The position numbers and the translations under genes are program-made. Of a stretch of DNA of 64,000 bases, positions 54,896 to 63,245 are shown one piece after another. Below the pieces are notes generated by a model that searched no databases, was not told where the DNA came from, and was given only the letters and a program-made list of their open reading frames with translations. Location: the NCBI GenBank assembly GCA_965261125.1, contig CBDHCS010000007.1, positions 254,343 through 318,342 on the forward strand, given 5' to 3'. The DNA is from Candidatus Poribacteria bacterium. Lineage in GTDB: Bacteria > Poribacteria > WGA-4E > WGA-3G. The first letter of the stretch is position 1. Every line of letters begins with the position of its first letter.

Positions 54896-55683
54896 AGATA
54901 GGCGTTACCCAAATAATTCTCGGTAATATGTCACTTGATGATACCCTCACACTCTGCCAAGATGCTGGCTACGATGCAGTTGAACTTACTTTTGGTGAAG
55001 GGAAAGACACAGATATAAATATGAGTGATACTGAACTCAAAGGTATTGCTGCGAAGTGTGAAGTTGCTGGTATTGAGATCGCCAGCATAACAGCGGGATA
55101 TGCGAACCGTGGTAACCTGCTTAGCCCGGATGCAGAGCAGCGTAAGAACGGTGCAAAATCGCTTGCGCGTGGGTTAGAAGTTGCAGGCGCGCTTGGGGTC
55201 GGTGGAATCTTGCTACACCCCGGACAACTCTCCGTTGAAGGCACATACCAACAAGTGTGGGATAACCTCGTCGGAATTCTAAAAGACCTTGCGCCTTCTG
55301 CTGAAGCTCACACAGTTGCTATCGGTCTGGAAAACGTATGGAACAAATTCCTGCTTAGTCCGAAGGAGATGCGCGAGATTGTAGATGAAGTCGATAGTGA
55401 CTGGGTCGGAACGTATCTTGATACGGCAAACATGATGGCGTATGGCTACCCTGAACACTGGATCCGTGAGCTTGGGCATCGGATCAAGCGTGTACACTTC
55501 AAGGATTTCTCGCGTGGTCAACATCGCTTTGTCAACCTATTAGATGGTGACACAGATTGGGCAGCGGTTATGGAAGCGTTTCGCGCTGTCGGTTATGATG
55601 GTTACGTGGTTCACGAAGTTGGTGGAGATAGGGAAGCACAAATTGATCTTGCGCAACGGATGCGCAAGATTGTTGCGATGTAG
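54892..55683 (+). CDS. Sugar phosphate isomerase/epimerase (xylose-isomerase-like TIM barrel)
   Basis: GYDAVEL..., LGVGGILLHPG, IGLEN, HFKD motifs typical of the AP_endonuc_2 / TIM-barrel family. Confidence 0.8.
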   Translation: MKIGVTQIILGNMSLDDTLTLCQDAGYDAVELTFGEGKDTDINMSDTELKGIAAKCEVAGIEIASITAGYANRGNLLSPDAEQRKNGAKSLARGLEVAGALGVGGILLHPGQLSVEGTYQQVWDNLVGILKDLAPSAEAHTVAIGLENVWNKFLLSPKEMREIVDEVDSDWVGTYLDTANMMAYGYPEHWIRELGHRIKRVHFKDFSRGQHRFVNLLDGDTDWAAVMEAFRAVGYDGYVVHEVGGDREAQIDLAQRMRKIVAM

Positions 55684-55696
55684 GGACTAAAAGGAG

Positions 55697-55723
55697 AGGC
55701 GATGGCTTTTTGAACCATCGCCT
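55697..55723. terminator. Hairpin between a + strand CDS and the minus-strand tRNA (possible bidirectional terminator)
   Basis: aggcgatgg (55697-55705) / ccatcgcct (55715-55723), with a 9-nt loop. On the minus strand it is followed by ctcctttt. Confidence 0.4.
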
Positions 55724-55725
55724 GA

Positions 55726-55810
55726 TGCCGGAGGTCGGACTCGAACCGACATGGACCTAGGGCCCGCTGGATTTTGAGTCCAGTGCGTCTACCAATTTCA
55801 CCACTCCGGC
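55726..55810 (-). tRNA. tRNA-Leu (anticodon CAA)
   Basis: The reverse complement gccggag-tg-...-ctgga-CTCAAAA-tccag-long variable arm-gtcgg-ttcgagt-ccgac-ctccggc-a folds as a class II cloverleaf. The 7-bp acceptor stem, TPsiC loop and 85-nt length fit. CCA is not encoded. Confidence 0.9.
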
Positions 55811-55817
55811 AGTTATC

Positions 55818-55966
55818 ATAAACAAAAACAATTAAAATATACCATTGTAAAGCAACCTGTTAGGTTGCGTCCTCACATAGGCACAATCTAACAGATTATG
55901 CTACTATGCACAATCTAACAGATTATGCTACAGTTAATATAAACGAAAACAATTAAAATATACCAT
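55818..55966. repeat. 93-bp family D palindromic element flanked by 28-bp direct repeats
   Basis: ataaacaaaaacaattaaaatataccat (55818-55845) and ataaacgaaaacaattaaaatataccat (55939-55966) differ at one position. They flank tgtaaagcaacctgttaggttgc...gcacaatctaacagattatgctac (x2). Confidence 0.7.
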
Positions 55967-55991
55967 ATTTCAGGAGAAAAGTCAAAAAATT

Positions 55992-56843
55992 ATGGCGAAC
56001 CAACAAAGAGGGCTTGCATCTGAAAGTATCTTTAAACGGGCTTTTAATGCCGTGAAAGCGTTTTTGTCACTACTGATTGAAAAGGAGACATGGCAAGCAT
56101 TGGTCCGGTGGGGATTGTGGCGCGTTTTGCCGAAACGCCGGCGTATCCTAAAATTAGTACAGGAACTGAAACCGCTGGCTGAAAACGCTGCCCCGGAGAT
56201 GCTGGCTTTACGTGATGAAGTCTTTTCAAAAAGTTGTCTTGAGCTGCGTCAACCGCAAGACGAACAAATCCTATTGGAAATTCTCAACCATGTAGAACAA
56301 CCGCTCGGATTAGAACAGATATTTTTCGCTGCGCTGTACCCAATTTTAGCCAAGCGGGATTTGGCGGCAATTCCGATCCCAACTGAGACACCGCATCGAC
56401 TTGAAGTGGAAATCGGTTATCTTGCACACAACGAAGATTACTTTTTCTGGGTGTTCGAAATTGACAGTAACAGGCGGATGTCCCTTAAAACACCACTTGA
56501 GGTTCGGGAAGCACAACGTGATGACAAACGTTATGTCATCTATACACTCGGTTGTACGGGACTCGTTGAAACAGATTTCGCGGCGTATGCGGAACAGTGG
56601 CTGCTTAATACCCAGCGTTTAACAATTGCGTTGCCACTTCTTGCCACGGCGTATGCGGAACAGTGGATCCTTAACACACGGATATACTTTGCGCACATTT
56701 TGAAAGATTTGAAGAAGCGAAATTACAAAGTTACAGCAGAGGCAATACCTGATTTTGAACGGGCGCGGTTGTCAATACTACGCCATCTCTCCCTGCTCCG
56801 GCTAAAAAAACGTCAATTTCAGTCCGAACGCCGAAATCGGTAA
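55992..56843 (+). CDS. Hypothetical protein (3' end overlaps the convergent peptidase gene)
   Basis: The ORF has an internal duplicated segment (AAYAEQWLLNTQ / TAYAEQWILNTR). The last 113 nt overlap the 3' end of the M24 peptidase, so the true stop or coding status is uncertain. Confidence 0.4.
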   Translation: MANQQRGLASESIFKRAFNAVKAFLSLLIEKETWQALVRWGLWRVLPKRRRILKLVQELKPLAENAAPEMLALRDEVFSKSCLELRQPQDEQILLEILNHVEQPLGLEQIFFAALYPILAKRDLAAIPIPTETPHRLEVEIGYLAHNEDYFFWVFEIDSNRRMSLKTPLEVREAQRDDKRYVIYTLGCTGLVETDFAAYAEQWLLNTQRLTIALPLLATAYAEQWILNTRIYFAHILKDLKKRNYKVTAEAIPDFERARLSILRHLSLLRLKKRQFQSERRNR

Positions 56844-57912
56844 GATAGATCCCCGGTTCTATTGAGAAACAGATACCGGGAATAAGTAACCGGGCATCTT
56901 GCGTTTCCAGATTGTCCAAATTTACACCGTTTCCATGTATAACAGTGCCGATATTGTGACCGGTACGGTGGATAAAATATTGTCCATATCCTTTTTCGGT
57001 GATATACCCGCGCACACAATCGTCAACGGCGTAACCCGGAATCGGCTCGTTTGCTGCCCATTTTTCACGGATGAACGCCACTGCCCGATCTCGCGCTTCC
57101 CTTACGATTTCAAATATTTCAACATACTTGTCGGGAACTGTTCTCCCCGCGTAAGCCACCCACGTTGTATCTGCGAAAACAGCGTCTAAGTCTTTCTGCT
57201 TTGCCCATAAATCTATTAAGATAAAGTCTCCCGCTTTAATCTGTTGTGTGCGCGTTGCGATAGGGGCGTAATGCGGGTCGCCACTGTTCGCGTTAACAGC
57301 AACGATTGGCGGATGATCGGCTACCAACTCCATTTCATCAAACTGGTTGAGAATCTGTTGCTGAACGTCGTATTCAGTTATTTTATTCCCTGCTTTAAGT
57401 TGTTCACCAATCCAAGCGAAGGCATAGTCTTTTGCCTGAAGGACTAAATTGGCAGATTTTTGATGCCCTTTGTACTGTGCTTCGCTTAAACGTGCCTCAA
57501 TGTATTGAGCAAGTTCTGCTGAAGAATGTACCTCAATTTCGAAAGAGCGGATCCACTCCAATGTCCCAGCGTCTATGCGTGAAATGTAGGGAATTGAGGC
57601 GTTAGGCGAATACTCCATCGCAACCGATTTGACATCACCGAGAAAAGAGTTCATCTCTTCGTTGAGTTCCTGCCATCCGGCGTAAAGCGAGATAGTTCCC
57701 GGCACATCGGTGAAATTTGATGTTTCTATACGGTGAATTAACCATTTTGGTTCTCCTTCCACGGGAATGAGGCAGAACCAACGCCGGGTAATGTTTGCAC
57801 CAGCCAAACCTGCTACGTTCTGTGAAATTGGGTTGATGCCGCGAAAATCGTAAAGGAGCCAGGCATCAAGGTCTAATGTTGCTAAAGCGGTTTGTATTTC
57901 AGGTATTTTCAT
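56731..57912 (-). CDS. M24-family metallopeptidase (Xaa-Pro aminopeptidase/dipeptidase-like)
   Basis: DFILIDLWA, HRTGHNIGTVIHG, FSIEPGIY, VRTEIDV metal-ligand-containing motifs in the pita-bread fold order. Confidence 0.85.
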   Translation of the reverse strand: MKIPEIQTALATLDLDAWLLYDFRGINPISQNVAGLAGANITRRWFCLIPVEGEPKWLIHRIETSNFTDVPGTISLYAGWQELNEEMNSFLGDVKSVAMEYSPNASIPYISRIDAGTLEWIRSFEIEVHSSAELAQYIEARLSEAQYKGHQKSANLVLQAKDYAFAWIGEQLKAGNKITEYDVQQQILNQFDEMELVADHPPIVAVNANSGDPHYAPIATRTQQIKAGDFILIDLWAKQKDLDAVFADTTWVAYAGRTVPDKYVEIFEIVREARDRAVAFIREKWAANEPIPGYAVDDCVRGYITEKGYGQYFIHRTGHNIGTVIHGNGVNLDNLETQDARLLIPGICFSIEPGIYLTDFGVRTEIDVFLAGAGRDGVVLTTAPVQNQVLPLL

Positions 57913-57923
57913 ATTTTAGTTTC

Positions 57924-57980
57924 GTAGCGCAAACTGTCAGTTTGCGTCGTTTTATGCACAATCTAACAGATTATGCTACA
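57924..57980. repeat. Family D double-hairpin palindrome, uninterrupted copy
   Basis: gtagcgcaaactgtcagtttgcgtcgttttatgcacaatctaacagattatgctaca. Confidence 0.7.
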
Positions 57981-58086
57981 AAAGTTGCAACTTATGTTAA
58001 TATAACTCAAGTTGCTACCTATAAGTTTTAGACATGCAAACACCGTTTTTTATAGAGAATAATGCATATTTCGCGAGTTTTCGTCC

Positions 58087-58258
58087 CGCAAACTGTATGA
58101 AGTTTAAGAAAATAAATCGGTAATTTGGCGAGGTTAGGAAACCTCGCCAGCGGGGAAGTACAACTGCCTCGTACGGATAGAAAATTACCGAATTAATAAA
58201 TTAATCTTCATTCAGTTTGCGCACTTATAGGAAACCCAATCTAACAGATTATGCTACA
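58087..58258. repeat. Family D palindrome interrupted by MITE B3
   Basis: cgcaaactgt[B3 58097-58211]tcagtttgcg...caatctaacagattatgctaca. Confidence 0.7.
58097..58211. mobile_element. MITE family B copy (B3)
   Basis: atgaagtttaagaaaataaatcggtaatttggcgaggttaggaaacctcgccagcgggg...gatagaaaattaccgaattaataaattaatcttcat. It is collinear with B2 minus the C units. Confidence 0.75.
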
Positions 58259-58407
58259 AAGGTGGCAATTTAGGTTAATACAATAGAATCCACAAATATT
58301 TTGATGATTCTAATTTGTCCCAAACCCTGTAAGTAAGAAGAAAAACTCTCTACTCTCTATCTGCAACTGTGTTGCTGAACTTTTTGTCACATAAGAGAAG
58401 ATAATCT

Positions 58408-59661
58408 TCAATCCGTTCTCTGACAAATAACGATATTTTCTTCGTTCATCGTTGTGGCGGTTTGGCCTGCAACATTGGAAGGGCTATTTTTAATAGGCAT
58501 CCGTTTATTGGGAATGTTCCTAACGATGGTTTCTTTATGTGTAAAACCATGTTTGCCAAAGGCAAAAACAACAAATTCGTCTGTTGGCAGCGTAACATCT
58601 TTAACCCGACGGTTCCCGACAACATAGCAGATTGTAGAGCTCGACGAAACCGTCTTCACCACTGAATTGATGCTACGTTCTAAGTGAATATAAAAAGCGG
58701 AAACCTCACGCGCCCGTTTTTCATCAATTGAGCGAATTTTATCTATAGCAGACGAAACAGGAGTCCCCGCTAATGTATCACCTGAATATTGCCCGCCCAT
58801 TGCAAGTCTGTCAATTTTTCGTGCGTTTGGCAAACCGAGCCATTCTGCAGATAGCCGAGAAAATTGCCCATACGCGACCGTAGTGTGTGAATCGCCGTAG
58901 GGTGGAGAGGTAATCACCAAATTATAGCCTCCAAGTGGCCGTGGCATTGGCAGTTCACCATCAACTGTATTTGCATCGCAAATTGATGCTTCCACATCTT
59001 TACGTTTTTCCATATATGCTGCCAAACCTTCTCTATTCCTATTCAGTTTTTTGCGAAAGGTCCCAAAGACATCAGGATTAAAGTTTTCAAGTTTTTCTGC
59101 TGGCATTCTATGCAGTTTAAATGTGCTTGTTCTTGTCCAAGACACCTCGCGCACCGTCTCTGAAAATGCGACCGTTATGAAATTCCGAACTGCTTGATCC
59201 GCTATCTTGTTAATACAATCTAATAGGTACGCGATACTTATGATAATCTCTTCAGAAAACCAATAGTCCAAATTCGGAATTTTCGGAATTGGTGCTTCAG
59301 GTAACTTGTCAACTCCAAATTCAACTTGAAAGAGAGCATCGTTTAACTTATTTAGTTCACTGTCCAACGTTTTCAAAGGAATTGGGGTCAATTTAGTTGT
59401 AGCGATCAGACGCACAAGGGGATTGATGTCGCAACCAACGCTGTGCATACCGAACAAAGATGCCTCAACAAGAGAAGTGCCAGTACCACAATACGGATCA
59501 AGAAGCCATTCGCCTTCTACACCATACTGATTTAGCAGCCTTCTTGCGATTTGCGGAATCATCATCGCTGGGTAAGTATGGAAGCAGTGGGTATATTCTT
59601 TTGTATCTACCGTTCGGTAGTCCCATGATTCGTCTTTGCGTTTCAAGTTTCCCATATACAT
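58408..59661 (-). CDS. DNA methyltransferase (motif I N-terminal, long variable region, motif IV SPPY; alpha-like order)
   Basis: FHTYPAMMIPQIARRLL, LLDPYCGTGTSLVEA (motif I), then VITSPPYGDS (motif IV) ~190 residues later. An RNA-methylase (UPF0020-like) alternative cannot be excluded by eye. Confidence 0.7.
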   Translation of the reverse strand: MYMGNLKRKDESWDYRTVDTKEYTHCFHTYPAMMIPQIARRLLNQYGVEGEWLLDPYCGTGTSLVEASLFGMHSVGCDINPLVRLIATTKLTPIPLKTLDSELNKLNDALFQVEFGVDKLPEAPIPKIPNLDYWFSEEIIISIAYLLDCINKIADQAVRNFITVAFSETVREVSWTRTSTFKLHRMPAEKLENFNPDVFGTFRKKLNRNREGLAAYMEKRKDVEASICDANTVDGELPMPRPLGGYNLVITSPPYGDSHTTVAYGQFSRLSAEWLGLPNARKIDRLAMGGQYSGDTLAGTPVSSAIDKIRSIDEKRAREVSAFYIHLERSINSVVKTVSSSSTICYVVGNRRVKDVTLPTDEFVVFAFGKHGFTHKETIVRNIPNKRMPIKNSPSNVAGQTATTMNEENIVICQRTD

Positions 59662-59729
59662 TTCTGCAGATTTTCTGCTAATCTGTTAACAACTCCTGCA
59701 TCAAAATCTGATTTACACGTTGTTGCCAT

Positions 59730-60491
59730 TTATGCTACCAAGTCACATCCAATAAAATTGCGCCCTTTTGAGAGTGCTGCTTCCATCACAGAAAAGGATC
59801 CCGCTGCAGGATCAATCACATAATCGCCTTCATTACTGACAGCAGTAATAAGCTCAGCCTGTAAACCGATAGGTTTTTGATGGGGATGTTCCTTTGTTTT
59901 TGTTCTCTCAAGCCAGACATCGCGGATATTGTGGACTTTCCAAACCCCCTTAGCCCTTTTGGGATGCTTCTGTAGCACAACACAATATTCACTCACCCGT
60001 CTGGATCTATACCCCATGCCAAATCTATCTTTATTCCAGACGATCAAATCAACGATGTCTAACTGTGTCCCATCAAACCATGTTTTAAACCCTTGGCAAA
60101 GGTGAAACTTATCCATCCACAGAAAGAGATGTCCAGAGGGGATAAGCACGTTGCCTATACCTTGAATGAATTCTCCAATCATTTCTTCAGGCATTTGCAT
60201 CAGTGAACTTCTGCGTTTCTCTCTGCTTTTCCCTTCATTCCCATAATTCATTTTGTCAAGTACACCCCTATATTGTGGGTCAAGGAATGCTATCGGTATA
60301 GAATCAGACGGCAGAAGAGATAAAAACTTTAGACCATCCATCTTCAACCTCGTATTAGGTTTCAATATATCTGGTAAATCTATATGCGGAGATTGTACAG
60401 TCCGTTCAGTGGAGAAAACGTTGTTTTTGTCCCCATCAGTCGGATCAGAAAAAAGACTCAGATTTTCATCCGCAGGGGGCAAATTTTTCAT
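59730..60491 (-). CDS. DNA methyltransferase, beta-class with the atypical motif IV DPQY
   Basis: IAFLDPQYRG (motif IV position), HPHQKPIGLQAELI, VIDPAAGSFSVMEAAL (motif I-like), GRNFIGCD. Confidence 0.75.
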   Translation of the reverse strand: MKNLPPADENLSLFSDPTDGDKNNVFSTERTVQSPHIDLPDILKPNTRLKMDGLKFLSLLPSDSIPIAFLDPQYRGVLDKMNYGNEGKSREKRRSSLMQMPEEMIGEFIQGIGNVLIPSGHLFLWMDKFHLCQGFKTWFDGTQLDIVDLIVWNKDRFGMGYRSRRVSEYCVVLQKHPKRAKGVWKVHNIRDVWLERTKTKEHPHQKPIGLQAELITAVSNEGDYVIDPAAGSFSVMEAALSKGRNFIGCDLVA

Positions 60492-60525
60492 AATTCTCCT
60501 TGTTTCATATCTCGGTTTGGATACT

Positions 60526-61971
60526 CTAATTTTCTGACAAAACCCGCGTCAAAATCTGATTTACCAATTGTGGATTCGCCTTCCCACGAGTTGCCTTCAT
60601 CACCTGACCAACCAAAAAGCCAATAGCTTTCTTCGTGCCATCACGATAATCTTGGGCGGGACCGGGGTTTTCCGCAATGACCTGTAGCACAATTGCCTCA
60701 ATTTCGGAGGTATCGGTAATCTGGGACAACCCTTTTTCTTCCACAATCTGTTTCGGCATCTTCCCAGTTTCAAAAGACTCATCCAACACAGATTTGGCAA
60801 TTTTGCCGCTGATAGTATTATTATTTATCAACTGAATAAGTTCACTGAGATGCGCTGGAGTAACTTTGGAATTCTGTATTTCAATTTCTGCAGTGTTCAG
60901 TAGACGGGTAAGGTCGCCCATAATCCAGTTTGCGCAGGTTGTCGGTTCGCCACTGAGTTGTGCAGCTTCGTCAAAGAAGTCTGCTATTTGTCGGGTAGTG
61001 GTTAGGAATTCGGCGTTTTCAGGAGAGATGTCATAGTCTGCAATAAACCTCTTGCGGCGAGTAGCGGGGAGTTCTGGCAGTGTCGGTTGTATTTCATCAA
61101 TCCATTCATCATCAATCTGAACGTGAACGAGATCGGGTTCAGGAAAATAGCGGTAGTCGTCTGCTTCTTCCTTGCTACGCATCGCAACTGTCTTCCCTGT
61201 CCTTGCATCAAACAACAATGTTTCTTGTACCACCTCACCACCTGAATCAAGGATACGTGCCTGCCGTTTTACTTCATAATCCATTGCATCAAGCAGCTCT
61301 TGAAACGAGTTTTTGTTCTTAATTTCAGTGCGCGTTCCCAATTCTTGGCTGCCTCGCGGACGTAGCGATATATTCGGTTCACAGCGCAGGCTACCCTCCT
61401 CCATGTTACAATCGCTCACCTCAATGTATTCTAAAATCTCTTTGACTGCGCGACAGTAGGCGATCGCTTCTTCAGGAGAATGGATTTCAGGTTCGCTTAC
61501 AATTTCCATGAGAGGTACGCCCGCACGATTAAAATCCATAAAACTTCGGGTGGGGTCATTTGTAACTTCGGCATGAATGGATTTTCCTGCATCTTCTTCA
61601 AGATGAATTCGACGGAGTGCAACGGTTTTAGGTTGTCCATCAAGTTCAAACGTTACCTCACCATTTTTACACAACGGGAGATCATACTGTGAAATCTGAT
61701 AGTTTTTGGGGAGATCCGGGTAGAAATAGTTTTTCCGATCAAATTTACTATAAGTTGTTATTTCACAATTCATTGCCAAACCCGCACGAACAGCAAACTC
61801 CAACGCGCGTTGATTGATGACTGGTAGTGTTCCCGGCATACCTAAACAGATTGGACATGTGCAGTCGTTGGCAGATGCACCGAAGGTATAAGCGCAGTTG
61901 CAAAATAACTTACTTTCTGTGCATAATTCTGCATGGATTTCCAAACCGATGACTATTTCATATTTTTCCAT
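60526..61971 (-). CDS. gatB: Asp-tRNA(Asn)/Glu-tRNA(Gln) amidotransferase subunit B
   Basis: MEKYEIVIGLEIHAELCTESKLFCNC..., GMPGTLPV, HLEEDAGK, and a C-terminal YqeY-like tail. The match is full length. Confidence 0.95.
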   Translation of the reverse strand: MEKYEIVIGLEIHAELCTESKLFCNCAYTFGASANDCTCPICLGMPGTLPVINQRALEFAVRAGLAMNCEITTYSKFDRKNYFYPDLPKNYQISQYDLPLCKNGEVTFELDGQPKTVALRRIHLEEDAGKSIHAEVTNDPTRSFMDFNRAGVPLMEIVSEPEIHSPEEAIAYCRAVKEILEYIEVSDCNMEEGSLRCEPNISLRPRGSQELGTRTEIKNKNSFQELLDAMDYEVKRQARILDSGGEVVQETLLFDARTGKTVAMRSKEEADDYRYFPEPDLVHVQIDDEWIDEIQPTLPELPATRRKRFIADYDISPENAEFLTTTRQIADFFDEAAQLSGEPTTCANWIMGDLTRLLNTAEIEIQNSKVTPAHLSELIQLINNNTISGKIAKSVLDESFETGKMPKQIVEEKGLSQITDTSEIEAIVLQVIAENPGPAQDYRDGTKKAIGFLVGQVMKATRGKANPQLVNQILTRVLSEN

Positions 61972-61987
61972 GAATTCACTCTTGTTT

Positions 61988-62122
61988 TATAATAGTTTTA
62001 GAATTAGCAAAGTGCTCTGAACAAGCGAGGTTAGGAAACCTCGCCTACCGAAAGAGATTTTCCGTGCCTGTAGAGGCACAACACATCTATTTTTTATAAT
62101 TTGCGACAGTTGAAAGTTATAA
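61988..62122. mobile_element. Probable degenerate MITE family A-like element (A6) with a family E hairpin
   Basis: tataatagttttagaattagcaaag... resembles the A4 left end. The interior has gcgaggttaggaaacctcgcc. The right end is ...cagttgaaagttataa. Confidence 0.4.
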
Positions 62123-62191
62123 GAAACAGCGCGAGTATCCGCCTTAAGGATACAAGGCAGGACATCTCGCGCTACAATAAATAACAATTTG

Positions 62192-62968
62192 TTATAAGCC
62201 TTTCTCCGACAGTTCATTAACAACAGCTACGTTTGCTTCCACCTCAGTCCGAGAAGTCATGCCGATAGTCATGGCGTGGACACATGGCAATCCCATCACA
62301 AATTCGATTGCCTCGCGCTGATCATCTGCATCTTTTGCCAACTTCCCCATGCCTAAGACTTTCATGCCGTAGATACCTTTCCCAACAAACGCCATCTGTT
62401 CCATTGTTCGGATAACATCGGCAGGGGATGCGTCCATTGAAACTCCCGAATGATTAATCCGTGCCAATACAACTTCAACCCATTCTGTCATAGCGGATGT
62501 TTGGAACGCGCCGAAATCGTGGCAAGATACCCCATGTGCGCGAATTAATCCTTGCTCCTTACAACGTGTGAGTGCCTCCATCGCATCCGGATAACGGCTC
62601 GGCCAGTCTACCTGTGTGAGACAGTGCAGCAACACGATGTCTACATAATCAGAGCCTATCTCTTTGAGAAACCGCTTCACATCTGCTTCCACAGTTTCAC
62701 GAGTACGAGAAACCGTCTTTGTCGTAATAGTGACACTACTCCGAGGTACATGTTTCAGCGTCTCTTTAATATGCGGATGGCTACCATACTGGTCAGCAGA
62801 ATCCCAAAAAGTAACCCCGTTTTCATGTGCAAACAAAAGTAAATCCCGCAGAGCTTCAAACCCTAAATCTGTTTGATTTGAACGCCCGTTCCAACCGTTC
62901 GACCCTGTCCCAATTGAGAGCCGCGAAACATCTAAACCTGTTTTCCCAAGTGCTACAATTTCCATCAC
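62192..62968 (-). CDS. Aldo/keto reductase family oxidoreductase (short form)
   Basis: LGKTGLDVSRLSIGTG, FWDSADQYG, VDIVLLHC motifs. Confidence 0.8.
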   Translation of the reverse strand: MMEIVALGKTGLDVSRLSIGTGSNGWNGRSNQTDLGFEALRDLLLFAHENGVTFWDSADQYGSHPHIKETLKHVPRSSVTITTKTVSRTRETVEADVKRFLKEIGSDYVDIVLLHCLTQVDWPSRYPDAMEALTRCKEQGLIRAHGVSCHDFGAFQTSAMTEWVEVVLARINHSGVSMDASPADVIRTMEQMAFVGKGIYGMKVLGMGKLAKDADDQREAIEFVMGLPCVHAMTIGMTSRTEVEANVAVVNELSEKGL

Positions 62969-63065
62969 AATTCTCCTCTATCATTGAAATTAAAGTAAGT
63001 ATATCATATTCTTTCAAATCTGGCAAACAAAATCTGTTACTACTGTAACGTGCATAACCTGCAAT

Positions 63066-63201
63066 TATAGTAAACTTTAGAATTAACTGGACATTTGAGT
63101 TGTAGGAGGGAACTCCGATTCCCGACTACTCTTATGTTCAGTCGCGATTCGGAGATCGCTCCTACAGAAAATGTGTCCCATTATTTTCAAAGTTCACTAT
63201 A
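63066..63201. mobile_element. MITE family A copy (A4) with a different internal palindrome
   Basis: tatagtaaactttagaattaactggacat ... aaatgtgtcccattattttcaaagttcactata. The interior is tgtaggagggaactccgattcccgac...gtcgcgattcggagatcgctcctaca. Confidence 0.6.
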
Positions 63202-63245
63202 ATAATGCTATAAATCCAAAATGACGTTTTGGGTTATAGATTTGA

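Noticed and set aside
55726-55991. Integrative element or prophage junction at tRNA-Leu
   Set aside because: There is no integrase or phage gene nearby. The 28-bp direct repeats lie upstream of the tRNA 5' end and do not include the tRNA 3' half, as an att site normally would.
52874-58258. Possible CRISPR array, given recurring short palindromic units near 52.9, 55.9 and 58.0 kb
   Set aside because: The units are not regularly spaced and occur in both orientations. They are nested inside one another and separated by genes. There is no cas gene or leader. They behave as dispersed REP/MITE-like elements.
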